Shown piece after piece: positions 41,009-52,825 of a stretch of DNA of 64,000 nt. Position 1 is the first letter of the stretch; the number at the start of each line of letters is the position of its first letter. Origin of the DNA: Azolla caroliniana (lineage: Eukaryota; Plantae; Polypodiophyta). The DNA lies in contig JBHGNT010000004.1 of NCBI GenBank assembly GCA_043228905.1, positions 22,754,001 through 22,818,000 of the forward strand. The letters run 5' to 3'. The position numbers and the translations under genes were made by a program. The notes under the pieces are model-generated. The model saw nothing but the letters and a program-made list of their open reading frames with translations. It was not told the origin of the DNA and did no database searches.

Positions 41009-41647
41009 TAACAATCGGCAATGCCTCGGTTCGGTTCAGGCTCAGGTTCAAGTTTTTTAAAACGGTTTGGTTCAGTTTTAATGGTTTGACGGTTTTTTAA
41101 TATTTTTAATATTTAAAAAAATTAAATTAAAGTTTTTTGGTAAAGTTTTTAAAACAACCTTTTCATTTTCGGTTCAGGCTCAGGTTCAAGTTTTTTAAAA
41201 CGGTTTGGTTCAGTTTTAATGGTTTGACGGTTTTTTAATATTTTTAATATTTAAAAAAATTAAATTAAAGTTTTTTGGTAAAGTTTTTAAAACAACCTTT
41301 TCATTTTCGGTTCAGGCTCAGGTTCAAGTTTTTTAAAACGGTTTGGTTCAGTTTTAATGGTTTGACGGTTTTTTAATATTTTTAATATTTAAAAAAATTA
41401 AATTAAAGTTTTTTGGTAAAGTTTTTAAAACAACCTTTTCATTTTTAAGCCTAATTCTCACATTTTAAATTTTGACCTAAGTTGAAAACCGAAACCCAAC
41501 CACAAAACCACAGTTTAATGGTTTAATGGTTTGGATTTTTACCTAACGGTCGGTTCAAACGGTTTTGTGGTACGGTTCGGTTTGGTTCAGGTTTCAAAAA
41601 CTTTAAACGGTTCAATTTGGACACTCTCGAACCGTTGCCGATTGTTA
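41009..41647. mobile_element. hAT-type MITE copy with internal 138-bp triplication
   Basis: TAACAATCGGCAA...TTGCCGATTGTTA termini. Unit cggttcaggctcaggttcaag at 41032, 41170 and 41308. No clean TSD. Confidence 0.85.
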
Positions 41648-42344
41648 CTTTCTTGTTCTTCTCTCAACTCATCTTAATTCTTCATTCTTACTTGCCCTTT
41701 TCTCCAAAATTAAACTTGTTACCCTTGTCTTAACAATATCTCTTCTTCACCCCTCCTTTTCCATTCTCTTCCTTTCATCATTCATCATTTTTTCTCCTAT
41801 ACAAGGTAGTTTAGTTCCCAAGCCGTACTCCACTTAAACCCCCCAAGACTTGCACTAAACCCTAATTTTAGCTTTGCTTATATAGATTATATACACAAAC
41901 ATTGACCCATAATTCATTTTGATTTTATAATCATAAAAACTTTAATGACAATTTCACCTTTAAGTTTGACTTCTACCAAAAACTACATCATACCCTAAAT
42001 ATATATATTATAGCTCATGTCACAAAATGTTCTCTCTTAACCTCTCTTAAAAAGGACAAAAAAGAGAGGTTCATGATATCTACCAATTGCTCGCTCTACA
42101 CTTTTTTAAGATTTTCAAACACATGCAATGAAAAGTTTGCTATTGTTGCAAATAGCATTTCCAATTTAAAGCATTTTTATTTTAATTACATCTCATATTC
42201 CACAGATTCTTCATTCAATAATAAGAAAATATCTTTAACGACATTTCCTTATGATTTACAACACATTTAAAGGGCAAAGAGCATTCTTTTACTGCACATT
42301 TAATAAGATCTCAACTATAGGCATTTCGTTTTCAATCGTGCAGA

Positions 42345-43655
42345 TTAATATCTGTATTTAGTAGAATAATCTTTAGGAGAGATAACCAAACCTCGTCCTT
42401 TCCTTGCACCTCGGTACACGGTCTCCACTATATCAATGAATTCTTGCTTATCCTTCAAGGCCCAATTGATCTTGTTGTTGTTACCTGTTCCAAGATCAAT
42501 CATGATATGCTTGTTTCGGAAGAAGAACATGACTGTGCATGGATCATAAAGTTCATACATTGTGTTGAAATCAGGAACTTCAGTGATGTCTACAAGATAG
42601 ATGACTGCAAAATTCTTGATCGTTTCAGCCACAGATGCAAGAACTTCATCCATCTACAATTAATAAATAAATAAATAGGAACAATCAAAGCTCCAAAAAA
42701 AGGAAAATTTGCAAAGCAAAAGAAATGATCATGACACTGTCAATATATGGAGAAGGAATCATAGCAACGGAAGCTGCAATATTGCAAAGCGATAGAAACC
42801 GACAAGCAGCAGTGACAAAACAATGGATAATATTACAGAGGAAAAGCTAAAAGATAATATTATTGTGGATGTCATACCAAATCTTGTGGATCAAAATAAA
42901 CATTAGTGAACCCGTAAGGCCATAATGTCACCAAAAGCAGACAAGTAACTTTCAAAACATAGAATAAACCACGGGGATGGAAACTTGATGGAGACTTGAG
43001 AGAGAAAGCTAAAGAGCAAGCCTTCTACTAGTTTCAGAACAGCTATCAAGCCAGCAAAAGATACGTCTTTAAATGCGGACAAGTAAATTTCAAAAACGTG
43101 GAATAAACCATGAATATGGAAGGTTGAACGAGCGTTGAAATAGAAAGCTAAAGAGTCAGCTCTCTACTAGTTCCAGAACAACTCTCGGTATAGCAAAAGG
43201 AAAGTTTCCAAAGCAAACAAATCACATTCAGAGACGTAGAATAAACCATGGAAATGGAAGTTTGATGGGAATTTCAGAGGGAGGTCTACAAAGACAGCTT
43301 TCTGCTAGTTTCAGAACAACTCTAGCGAAAGCAAAAGGTAAGTCTCCAAAGCAAACAAATCAAATTCTCAAAAACCAAGGGAATGGAGGCTTGAAAGGAG
43401 TGACTTATTTTCGATGAATCTTACATAGGAAACGAAATGAGAAGCTCGCCGAAACGGTGGAGAAGCCATGGCGAGGGAGCAAAGTTAGAGAGCGCGAAAA
43501 CGGAAAGCTGAAGAGATATTGAAGATAGGTGTTACCTGCATACATGTTTCATCCCAGTCATGGCCGAAACGGATGACGACGGCGCGCTCCTCCTCTGCGA
43601 GAATGGCCTGATCCACGGCCCAGCCTGAGTGAAGGTGAGGAAGAAGGTAAGACAT
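42345..43655 (-). CDS. YLS8: DIM1/TXNL4A thioredoxin-like U5 snRNP 15-kDa protein, 142 aa. Exons: 43655-43536, 42653-42345
   Basis: MSYLLPHLHSGWAVDQAILAEEERAVVIRFGHDWDETCMQ joined to MDEVLASVAETIKNFAVIYLVDITEVPDFN...GRGLVISPKDYSTKYRY*; phase-0 GT-AG intron. Confidence 0.97.
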
Positions 43656-43910
43656 ATCCTGGGTGTGTGTCTCCGGAAGACCAAAATGAGGAGCTTCTCG
43701 CTCTGTGTATGTCTGTCTGCCTTTCGCTGAGTTTTTTGGTTCTGTCTGTGTATGCGACCAGGAAGAAGAAGACGAAGACGATGGTGGTTATTGAGAATCT
43801 CCGAAATACCCCTCCTCCCAATTTATCACTATTTCTCCCAGGTACCCCTCCATGCTTATGACTATGGAGAAACTGTAACCGGAACAACTCCCCAAGTTTA
43901 TCATTATATA

Positions 43911-44799
43911 TAACAATTGGAAACGGTTCGGTTTGAAACGAACCGAACCGCGAAACCACGGGCTAAACGGTTCGGTTCGGTTTCAACAGTTAGAAACTGT
44001 TGTTTAAACAATTTTTTATTTTTTTAATTACAATTTTTAAAAACATTAAAAATATTGTTTTTTAAACAATCATTTCATTTTCATGCCTTATTCTCACATT
44101 TTAGGAAAATCTTTAAATTTTTGAAATTTTAAATAATGAAATAGTTTAAATTTTAAATTTTAAATTTTAAATTTTAAATTTTTGACTAACAATCGGCAAT
44201 GGTTCGGTTCGGTTTGAGAGGGTCCAAACCGAACCGGTATGGAACCAAACAATTTAAAAATTTTGAAACCTAAACCAAACCGCGAGTCCGTTAAACATTT
44301 TTCAAACCGTTAAACCATTAAACCGTAAAAACCGTGGTTTCGTGGTTCGGTTTCGGTTTTGAACATAGGTCAAATTTTTAATTTTTTTAAATTTATAATA
44401 TTTCATAATTTAAAATTTTTAAAATTTTTAAGATGTTCCTAAAATGTGAAAATAAGGTCTAAAAATGAAAAGATTATTTTAAAACAATTTTTAAATTTTT
44501 TTTAAATTAAATAAATAACCGTTAAATCGTAGTATTTTACTATTGAAATCAAACTGAACCGTTAAGCCGTTAAACCATGGTTTCGCGGTTCGGTTCGCTT
44601 CAAACCAAACCGTTGCCGATTGTTAATTTTGACCAAAGACTAAAATCGAAACCAAACCACGAAACTGCAGCTTTACCAATTTAATGTCTTAACGGTTTGA
44701 AAATGTTTTAACGGTTTCGTGGTTCAATTTAGGTTTCTAAAAATTTAAACGGTTCGGTGTTGACCCTCTCGAACAGAACCAATTTGTTGCCAATTGTTA
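43911..44799. mobile_element. hAT-type MITE, outer copy
   Basis: TAACAATTGG...CCAATTGTTA termini; perfect 8-bp TSD ATTATATA (43903-43910 and 44800-44807). Confidence 0.87.
44187..44625. mobile_element. hAT-type MITE nested in opposite orientation inside the outer copy
   Basis: TAACAATCGGCAA...TTGCCGATTGTTA termini; TSD TTTTTGAC / ATTTTGAC (7 of 8 match). Confidence 0.85.
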
Positions 44800-45150
44800 A
44801 TTATATAGCTAACTATTGATTGTAGGTGTGCTTCTTGTAAAAATTGTAAGTTTATCGTTATATATAGCTGGCGATTGATTGCACATGGGCTTCTCACAAG
44901 AATTGTACGGTTTATCACTATATAATTGGCGATTGATTGCAAGTGTGCTTCTTGCATGAATTGTAAGGTTTATCACTATATATAGCTAGCTATTGATTGC
45001 AAGTGTGATTCTTGCTGAAACTGTAAGTTTTTCACTATACGATATACGATTGATCGCAAGTGTGCTTCTTAAAGAAATTGTAAGTTTATCACTATGTAGT
45101 TTGGCGATTGATTGCAAGTGTGCTTCTTGCAAAAAACTGTAAGTTCATCA
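44800..45150. repeat. ~58-bp minisatellite, ~6 diverged units
   Basis: Unit approximately tgtaagtttatcactatatagctggcgattgattgcaagtgtgcttcttgcaaaaat, with anchors near 44850, 44910, 44968, 45027, 45084 and 45143. The first unit begins left of the MITE at ~43896. Confidence 0.85.
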
Positions 45151-45824
45151 TTTGTGGACTTTGGCAAAGTGGTGAAATTGACCGCATATTCGAAGCCATC
45201 CTTGTAATGATACCTTTAATTGATGATTGAGATGTACATGTAATAGCTTCTGCAAGTCATGTGAAATGGGTCTTCATCCAAAAGGTTTTTCCTTGAGCCC
45301 ATGTTGCTTCTAAATAGATACTTTGGCTATTGTCATTCCCTAAGAAAATATGACATTATATTGGATGGGGGTGAAGGGGATCAATCTGCCATGATTGGCT
45401 AATCGTTGAATAACTATATTTCTCGATGACTAACACGAAAGGGTGTTCATGGCTCTCTCAAAAGTTCATGGGTTTATTCATGATCTGGGTTAGGACTCAC
45501 AATCTGAAGATGTATGAAGACAACACCAAAGGTGCACAATTTTGTTTTACACATTGTAGTGGGAGGCACCACATTGTAATGGGATGCATGCTCTCTATTT
45601 AAACCATAAACATATTAGCGCACCCGGTAAAAAAATCATCGTGTCAGAAACTCCCAAAATTGTATTGTTTTGATATCCAAATCCAAAGAACAAAGCCATT
45701 GATTATAATTTTTTTGCAAATCGAAAAGGGGTGTTCATAGACTTGGTGGATGATGCAAGGAAGATGTAGGTAAGGAGGAGATGGTGCAATCCTTCCATTT
45801 AAATAAACCCTTAACCCTAAACCC

Positions 45825-45850
45825 TAAACCCTTAAACCCTAAACCCTAAA
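45825..45850. promoter_or_regulatory. Short interstitial plant telomeric repeat / telo-box cluster upstream of the NDC1-like gene
   Basis: aaacccttaaccctaaaccctaaacccttaaaccctaaaccctaaa. Further AAACCCTA copies at ~46139 and ~46190. Confidence 0.65.
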
Positions 45851-46253
45851 TCCTCAGCGGCTGAAAGAGTGAAAAAACTAACTCCTTCCGCACTTTCTAG
45901 AATTTACAAGAGGATGCCCCTCCGCAGCTTGAAAGAAACAACAAACTCCTTCTGCAGTTTCTAGAAACTACAGAAAGAGTGAAGCAACCAACTCCTTCTG
46001 CAGTTTCCAGAATTTACAGACGATGCCCCTCCATTTCTTCGTCTTCATCATCATCTGTGTACGCTTGAAAACAAAAGGCGACGAAGAAAGAGTTCCCGCC
46101 TCAGTAACTTTCCTTCGGGGTTCCTGTTCGATCACAGAAAACCCTAACCCTAATCTCCCTTCCAGGCTCCCCCTTCGTTTTCCCCACTGAAACCCTAAAC
46201 CCTTGGCTTCAGAGGAGAAGAAATCTCTCGTCTGCTAAGGCCTCCTCCTTCAA

Positions 46254-49200
46254 ATGGACACTTTCAGCGTGCCAAAGAAGCGATGGCTTCGCTGCTTCCT
46301 TCTGCACACCCTCTTTTCCATGGCTTTCTGGATCCTCATCGCCTCAAACATCTCCTCTTTCTCCTCTTTCTTCGGGTCAATGATGTCTTCTTCTTCTCAT
46401 CGTCATCAGCATCAGATTATGATTCCATTCTCTCACAAGATTGCGAGGTTTCTGTGCTTTATGGCATCTCAGGTCGTTTTCTTACTTGGGATCGCAGCCA
46501 TCACTCGTCCAGAAGAAGAAGACGTGGCTTCTGCGTCAGACATCATCTTTGGTGTTCTGAAGCTCGCATGGAGAGCTAGCACCGGAGCTTCTCTAGACAG
46601 GGAGCGTGTTCAAGAAGTTTCTTCTCTCACTGCCAGGCTACAGACGAGCAGGGACCGTTCCTTGTTCATATTTCTGTGCTCGATTTCTGGCTCTCTCGCC
46701 ATGCTCTCTCACAGATGGGATTCTACCTCCCGTCTCAGTAGCATGGAGGAGGTCTGTCGAGGTGCCTCTGTGGGAATTCTATACGCTGTTTTGCATCTGT
46801 ACAGGAAGAGAATGATTCTAGCATTTCCTGTCATTCAGGTAATTATTCCTTTTCAACAAAAAGGCCACTCTTTTAGCTCTTCTCTCATGTTTATATGTTA
46901 GATCTAGAATATATCCGAATATGCAACCATACATATCACTACAATGAAAGTATGTACTCTTGGTAGGACATTCTTTCAAGAGACTTTGTATCTATTTCTG
47001 TAACCATATTTCTTCTTAGAATTCATCATTTTCATCATCAGTAATTACCATTAATTATCTGATAAGAGTGTTCATTATGTGTCTAAAGAAAAATAAATAA
47101 CCAGTCCAGTTGAATATGACATTGTAATATATATGTTCCAAGGATTGATTATAGGTAACAAAGAATGTTTGGATGTTTCTAAAAGATGTGAATATAACAA
47201 GCTTTTATGTTTTCTTCTTCTTCTTCATTAAATGCATGAATAATGTTGTTGTTGTCGGTGTCTTCTTCTTCTTCTTTATTTAAATTGCTAAGATATAAAA
47301 GGAAACTTGAGAGTTCATTATGTCTGCTTGTCCTCATCGTCTTTGAATATGTAATGTAGTAAGATAAGATAAGTTCTCTTTTTAACACACTATATTATTT
47401 GTAATTACTTTCATGTGATCCTAGCTTTTCGATATAATATACCGGAAATAACACTAAATAGACATACGAAAAGCAATGCATTTTGATCAGACCGAAAAGT
47501 TTCATACTAAATGAATTGTGATCATTTCATTGAGTAAACAGTAACTCAATTTTTATTTTTTACAGAGGCCAACATTTTTCTGTTTTAAGCTGGGTCTAAA
47601 GAAGATACTGAAGACCTCTGTAAAGTTTTCTGTTGCATCAATACTATTTGCAGAGGCAGCGATTTTTGTTCTGAACTCAAGCACTCTGGCATCTTCTAGT
47701 AGTCAGAAAAGCAGCGTTTCCTTCTTTTCACGTGAATTGGAGTTCATCTTTTCAGCCTTTTTAATCATCTACTTATGGGAAATGTGCCATCACTTGATAC
47801 AAGTATGTCAACTATATACTTTTGTACCTGTATAGCTTTGTATTAGTTAATATATCTCGTTTGTGTATGCATATCTCAGGTTTATTTCGTATAATAAAGT
47901 GTTTGCCTAGTGTATAACTATTTGAAAGCCTAGTTTTAAAATATTTGAGAACCTTCATAACATTTTAAGTTCCAGTTGAAATAATTCTCTAATTCGTTGA
48001 CACCTTTTTATTCATCTCTGCGTGTGCAAAGAGAGGCAATGCACTATGCATAACCCCATTGATTTGAATGGAATGTCTTGATAATATTTGATTGCTTTGC
48101 TTCAGATACTTCTTACAAGGCGGCACCGGTATGCCCCTCCCTATGGTTCATCTGCTGCAGAGACTAGTCCTTCAGATATGCTTTTGATGGCACTTGAGGA
48201 ATCAGAGAGAAATTCTCTCACACATTACTTAGCTTCCCTTGATCTTTGCATGCTTTCTGAAGGAAATGCAGATAAATGGAGACTATCTGCACTTTTTGAG
48301 GAAACTGGTGAGACTTATTTGAGAGTAATAACGGAGTGCTTGAGGCCCTTGGATATGCTCACAGTTAAGCTTGCAAAAGGACTTGATGGGTCTTCAGAGT
48401 TGAAGAAAGATGTTCTCAAACAGCAGATGTTGATGGAAACAACCGGTCAGGATAGGATGCTTTGCTCTCATCGAATTCTTGATGATTATCAGGTATATTT
48501 TCTATGCAATAAACTTTGTATCATGAGTTCTATCTTTATATAGTTTCGCTATGAGTTCTAGCTTTAACCCATGTCCCACAAAGATTGTTAACATCATCAA
48601 ACAAAAGTAAAGGAAATTTAGAACTTCTGCTGGGTTGCAGTGCTTTCCAAACGGTAGTTGCAACCTCTCATATGCATTGTTCTTAGTGATGAGGATTGCT
48701 TGATTCATATGGTCCAGAGTGAGAGAGGATTGTTTTGTTTTCTAGTGCTTCTTGTTATGCCTATCCTAAGATGCAAGTCACCAAAAGCTAGTACAGGATG
48801 CCATCAGTTGTACAGGGGAGATCATGAATAACCTCTTGCAAAGTTTAGTGATCTGGATGGAACTCTACACTTAGCTGTTTCTACAATTTTTCTGTGTGAC
48901 CTGGATAGGTGATCATGTGCATGTATTATCCCTTAGAACAACTGGTTATTATATGAATGCAGAAATGAGAGCATGACTGTAGAGAGAGAGTGAGGGGTAG
49001 AGGTAGGCATTAGTAACTATGACCAACCACACATTACCTTTTGTGATCTCATTTGTTGTATAAATGGTCTTCGTAACAAGTATATAGAAAATGTGTACCT
49101 ACTGTAGGAAATCCGAGGGGATATGATGTCCTCATGAGCTCAATCCAAGAGCCATGTAGTAAGTTGTGGCTATTTGATATTCTTGTTACCCCTACATTTG

Positions 49201-50948
49201 ATGAAGTCCAGATTTGGGTTAAAGCATTTTACTCTACAAGTTATAATAGCTGAAATCCCTGCTGCACTGATGGTCATGAAATTTTTCTGAATCAGTGTCC
49301 TTTTTTCATAGTACACGGGAGCTTCCTTGACATAGGTATGCTTGGTTGGCTTTGGAGTAATCTAGACAGTTGGCAGCGGAGGATGATACTTAATGCTGGT
49401 CATGCCCAAATGGCATAATGATTTAGTTAAATGGCTCCACTATAGACAGACTGTTGGAGGGTGGCAGCTCCAGCCCTGCACTCTCTTTCATATTTATTAT
49501 CTTTGTACTACATTCTCTCTTTTCTCAGATTCTTCTCTCTCTAGAATCTGCAACTCTTTAAATGCCTTCTCTCTCTAGAATCTGCAATGCTTTAAATGCC
49601 TTTTCTCTCTTCTACCTTTTCCAAGATATTCCTAGTTTTTTGTACCTGTTTGGTAGTACAAGAGTCACTTAACTACCAAACAGCCATTTCACCCACATTC
49701 CCCAATTTTGTATAAATAGGCTATACCAGCCTCTTTTGTATAAGTTTTCATTTTCTTTTTTGCTACTTAAAACAAGCTCTATTCCTTGGCTGTGTCTCTA
49801 CTCTTTGCAACCATTTTTTCTACTGCTGTCTAACAGCCTTCTCACAGCTTGGCTGTGCCTATTTTGTTTTAAGTCTTCCGCTGCTGCTATTAACAGCTTT
49901 TCTCACACAGACTACATCCATTCCAATTCCTCTTGGGTGCACCATCTCTCGCATCGAACTTGGTCAGAGATTAGCAAAGTCATTTAGCAAATCAATATCT
50001 CATTTAGCTTTATACGAAGACAAAATAAATTGAATCTATTCAGGAGTTAGGCATGGGGTGGCCAGTATGAAAATTAGCACATATGGTGGTTTGAGATAGA
50101 ATTTTGATTTGGCAGTGCTCTTCAAATCCTTAATTTCGATGAACTCCCACTAAAATTTAGTAGGTTTTAAGAGAAGAAAGCTACTGACTTTTATTAAAAT
50201 GCGAAAACATGCTTATTACATCTTATTTAAACGATTAAATTCTACCTAAATTCAGTAAGTTTTAGTGGGACTTGGCTCTTATTTCCTAGATTAACGTTGT
50301 CTCTACTAATAATGATAGGTATTTATACATCATAAAGAGAAGTTTCTCTATTAATAATGAGTTGAATCTCAGTATTTATTCATTGTAAAGGAAACCTTTT
50401 CTATTTATAATGATATGAATGTAGGTATTGATTCATTGTAATGTCTTTCACAGTTGTGCTCATGGTGTGCTAGAATCGTATCTTCCATCACTGCTTTCTC
50501 AAAGAACAATGATCGTTATGGAGTAGCTCAAAGAAGAGGTTGTAATGGTGCAGTTGTATCATCATTATTATCATGTTTACTTGTGTTAGAAGTATATCTT
50601 GGAAGAAGAAGTAGTGTACAAGCAGGGCAATCAGTGGGTGTAAATAGCATTAAATGGACTGTTCCTTCAAGAGGGATGGTGGGGGAGTCAATAAAAAAAC
50701 AAGGAGTTCCATTTGGAAAGAAAACCGACCTTTACAGGAAAGCATATGCTATGGCTGATGTTATTCGCACATCTCTGTATCAGATTGTGGATACTTTCAG
50801 AAAAGAAATGGTTCTTAGTGGTTCTGGTCAAGGTAATATGGCCATAGCAATTGCAGAGAGAGATTGGCTCAGTAAAGGGCAGCCATTGTATGGAACACAT
50901 GATTTTCATGTGCAACATTTAAGGTTATTTTTAGACTTTAGAATGTAG
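46254..50948 (+). CDS. NDC1: Plant NDC1-like transmembrane nucleoporin. Exons: 46254-46838, 47566-47802, 48106-48492, 50454-50948
   Basis: Multi-TM N-terminal half; FPVIQ|RPTFFCFKLG; RRHRYAPPYGSSAAETSPSDMLLMALEES; FEETGETYLRVITECLRPL; WCARIVSSIT...DRYGVAQ...VVSSLLSCLL. All introns are phase-0 GT-AG. Family recognised from remembered motifs, not from a database search. Confidence 0.8.
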
Positions 50949-52825
50949 ATGTTCCCTAATACGAGATGAACCTTGGGCAAAATCGAAGGCTGTTGTTTTC
51001 GATGTTCATCTTATTATGAGAGATGAAGCACGGCTAAAGTTTTGGATTTGGCAATATGATATTGTTGCTTGGTGTAGGGAAGCAGTAAAATTCTGTGAGA
51101 AGAAGATGAGAGTCCTTTTTGGTAAGAGAGAGCTACTAGCTCAACTGTTTATATATGTGGTGCATCAGCATGAGAAGTCATATCATTTTACCTTGTTTCT
51201 TTTTTTGTTTTTTATGCCCTTGCTCAAGTATTATATACCACACTGAGACAGGGTTCTATGTGTTTAAACCTGAATCTTGGATTAGACATTGTATTCTTGG
51301 ATTGCCTTGAAATTTGTAGTGCTGGGGTCCGAATACAGCAATATTATGTTTGAATTACAGTTAACAGTAATTGAGTTTATCTCATGAGTTGAATTGTATT
51401 CTTTTTAATACACCAATATCCTCTATGAACTGTAATAGAATCATATGGTGGCAATGTCTGTGGTGACGACATTTCCTTTGTAGGAATGGTTTACTGCTTG
51501 TTGGTTGTTATGGAAACAATTATTTTATGGACAACGGGAGTATATAGGAAGTCTGAAGAATTGCTTTTAGATGATTGGAAAACAATGCATAGCGGGAAAT
51601 ATTTTGTAGAGTCAAGACCACCCTTTGTGGTATAGATGTTAAATGCTTATGAATTGGAAGTTATGTTTTGTAGATCAAAACGAATAGCAACCTTACTATT
51701 GCTGTGGGGCTACTGTTTAGAACCCATAATTTGATTTTGTGGGCCTTGTTTCTGGAAATGTAATTTGCACCATGCATATTTTTTACAATTGCTTTAATGG
51801 CCAACTGAATCATGTATTTACGAGGTTTCACTTCTCCTCATCATGGTAATTTAAACAGTGTTGAAAACATAAATGATTGATCTAGCGGATTAATTAAATG
51901 AATTTCATTATTAGAACATATTATCCTTGAGCCATGGATTAGCAAAATGGCCAATAAACATTGTACTGGAACCTCATTACTGGCTAACTTTTCTGGTCTG
52001 AATGTGGACGGCTTGTGAACTATTTTAAGAAATTGTCTTCAAATTCATAAATTGATATTTGAAGGAATATTTGGAGCATTTATAAATTGATAACCAAGCA
52101 TTTGGACAATTATGCCGTCCTTTTTTAATCCTTGATTGTTTATTGCTAGTAGGTTTATACATTTGGAGCAAGGTATGAATATATCATTCCACAAACAAAG
52201 TGTGATGACTTTTCATTATCTATTATGTTTCCCTGTCCTGATTTCAATTGGATCAAGCAATGAGCTTATTATAAGATCCTCCAATGATTCGATAAATACT
52301 TCCCTAAAGTGTAAAATCAAGACTAGATTTTTTTGGGGGAAAAAAAACCAAGACTAGAGATACATCATAGGAAAGCTATCAAGCAATGACTTCTATAAAG
52401 CGCCTTCCTGTGATTTGATCAATTCTTTCATAACGTGTAAAAAACAAAAAACCACACGTATATATATGATAATTGTATGTTATGTTGGATTGTCTTGGAT
52501 GTTGGCAACTTACACAAGGCAACACAATCTGACTCTCTAAATTATGAATTTGTGTATATATATCATATATGTATGGTGCTAAAGAATGCTCTTCATTACC
52601 AGCAAGGTATTATAATTCTGATGGGATTCTGTTTGCAATCTCGTTTTTTTCTAGGTGAGAATTTAGAAAAGGAACAAATGTCAAAGAACCATATGAATTG
52701 CAACTTTAATGCCGATAGAACTTCAACATTTTCTCGTAAGACTTGATCTCTATACATAAGGGGCCCTAGGACAAAAACAAACTTATAAAGCAGAAGCAGC
52801 ACCAAGGAAGCCTTCAAATTTGATT

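Noticed and set aside
43558-43959. 133-aa minus-strand ORF overlapping DIM1 exon 1
   Set aside because: It begins inside the MITE and is out of frame with the conserved DIM1 sequence.
44800-45150. Regularly spaced ~58-bp repeats resembling a CRISPR array
   Set aside because: Whole units are homologous with no unique spacers, there are no cas genes, and the context is eukaryotic. This is a minisatellite.
49450-49985. Possible solo LTR in NDC1 intron 3 (TGTTGG start, TATAAATAG, degenerate PBS-like tggtcagag)
   Set aside because: No matching CA terminus or TSD could be identified, so support is insufficient.
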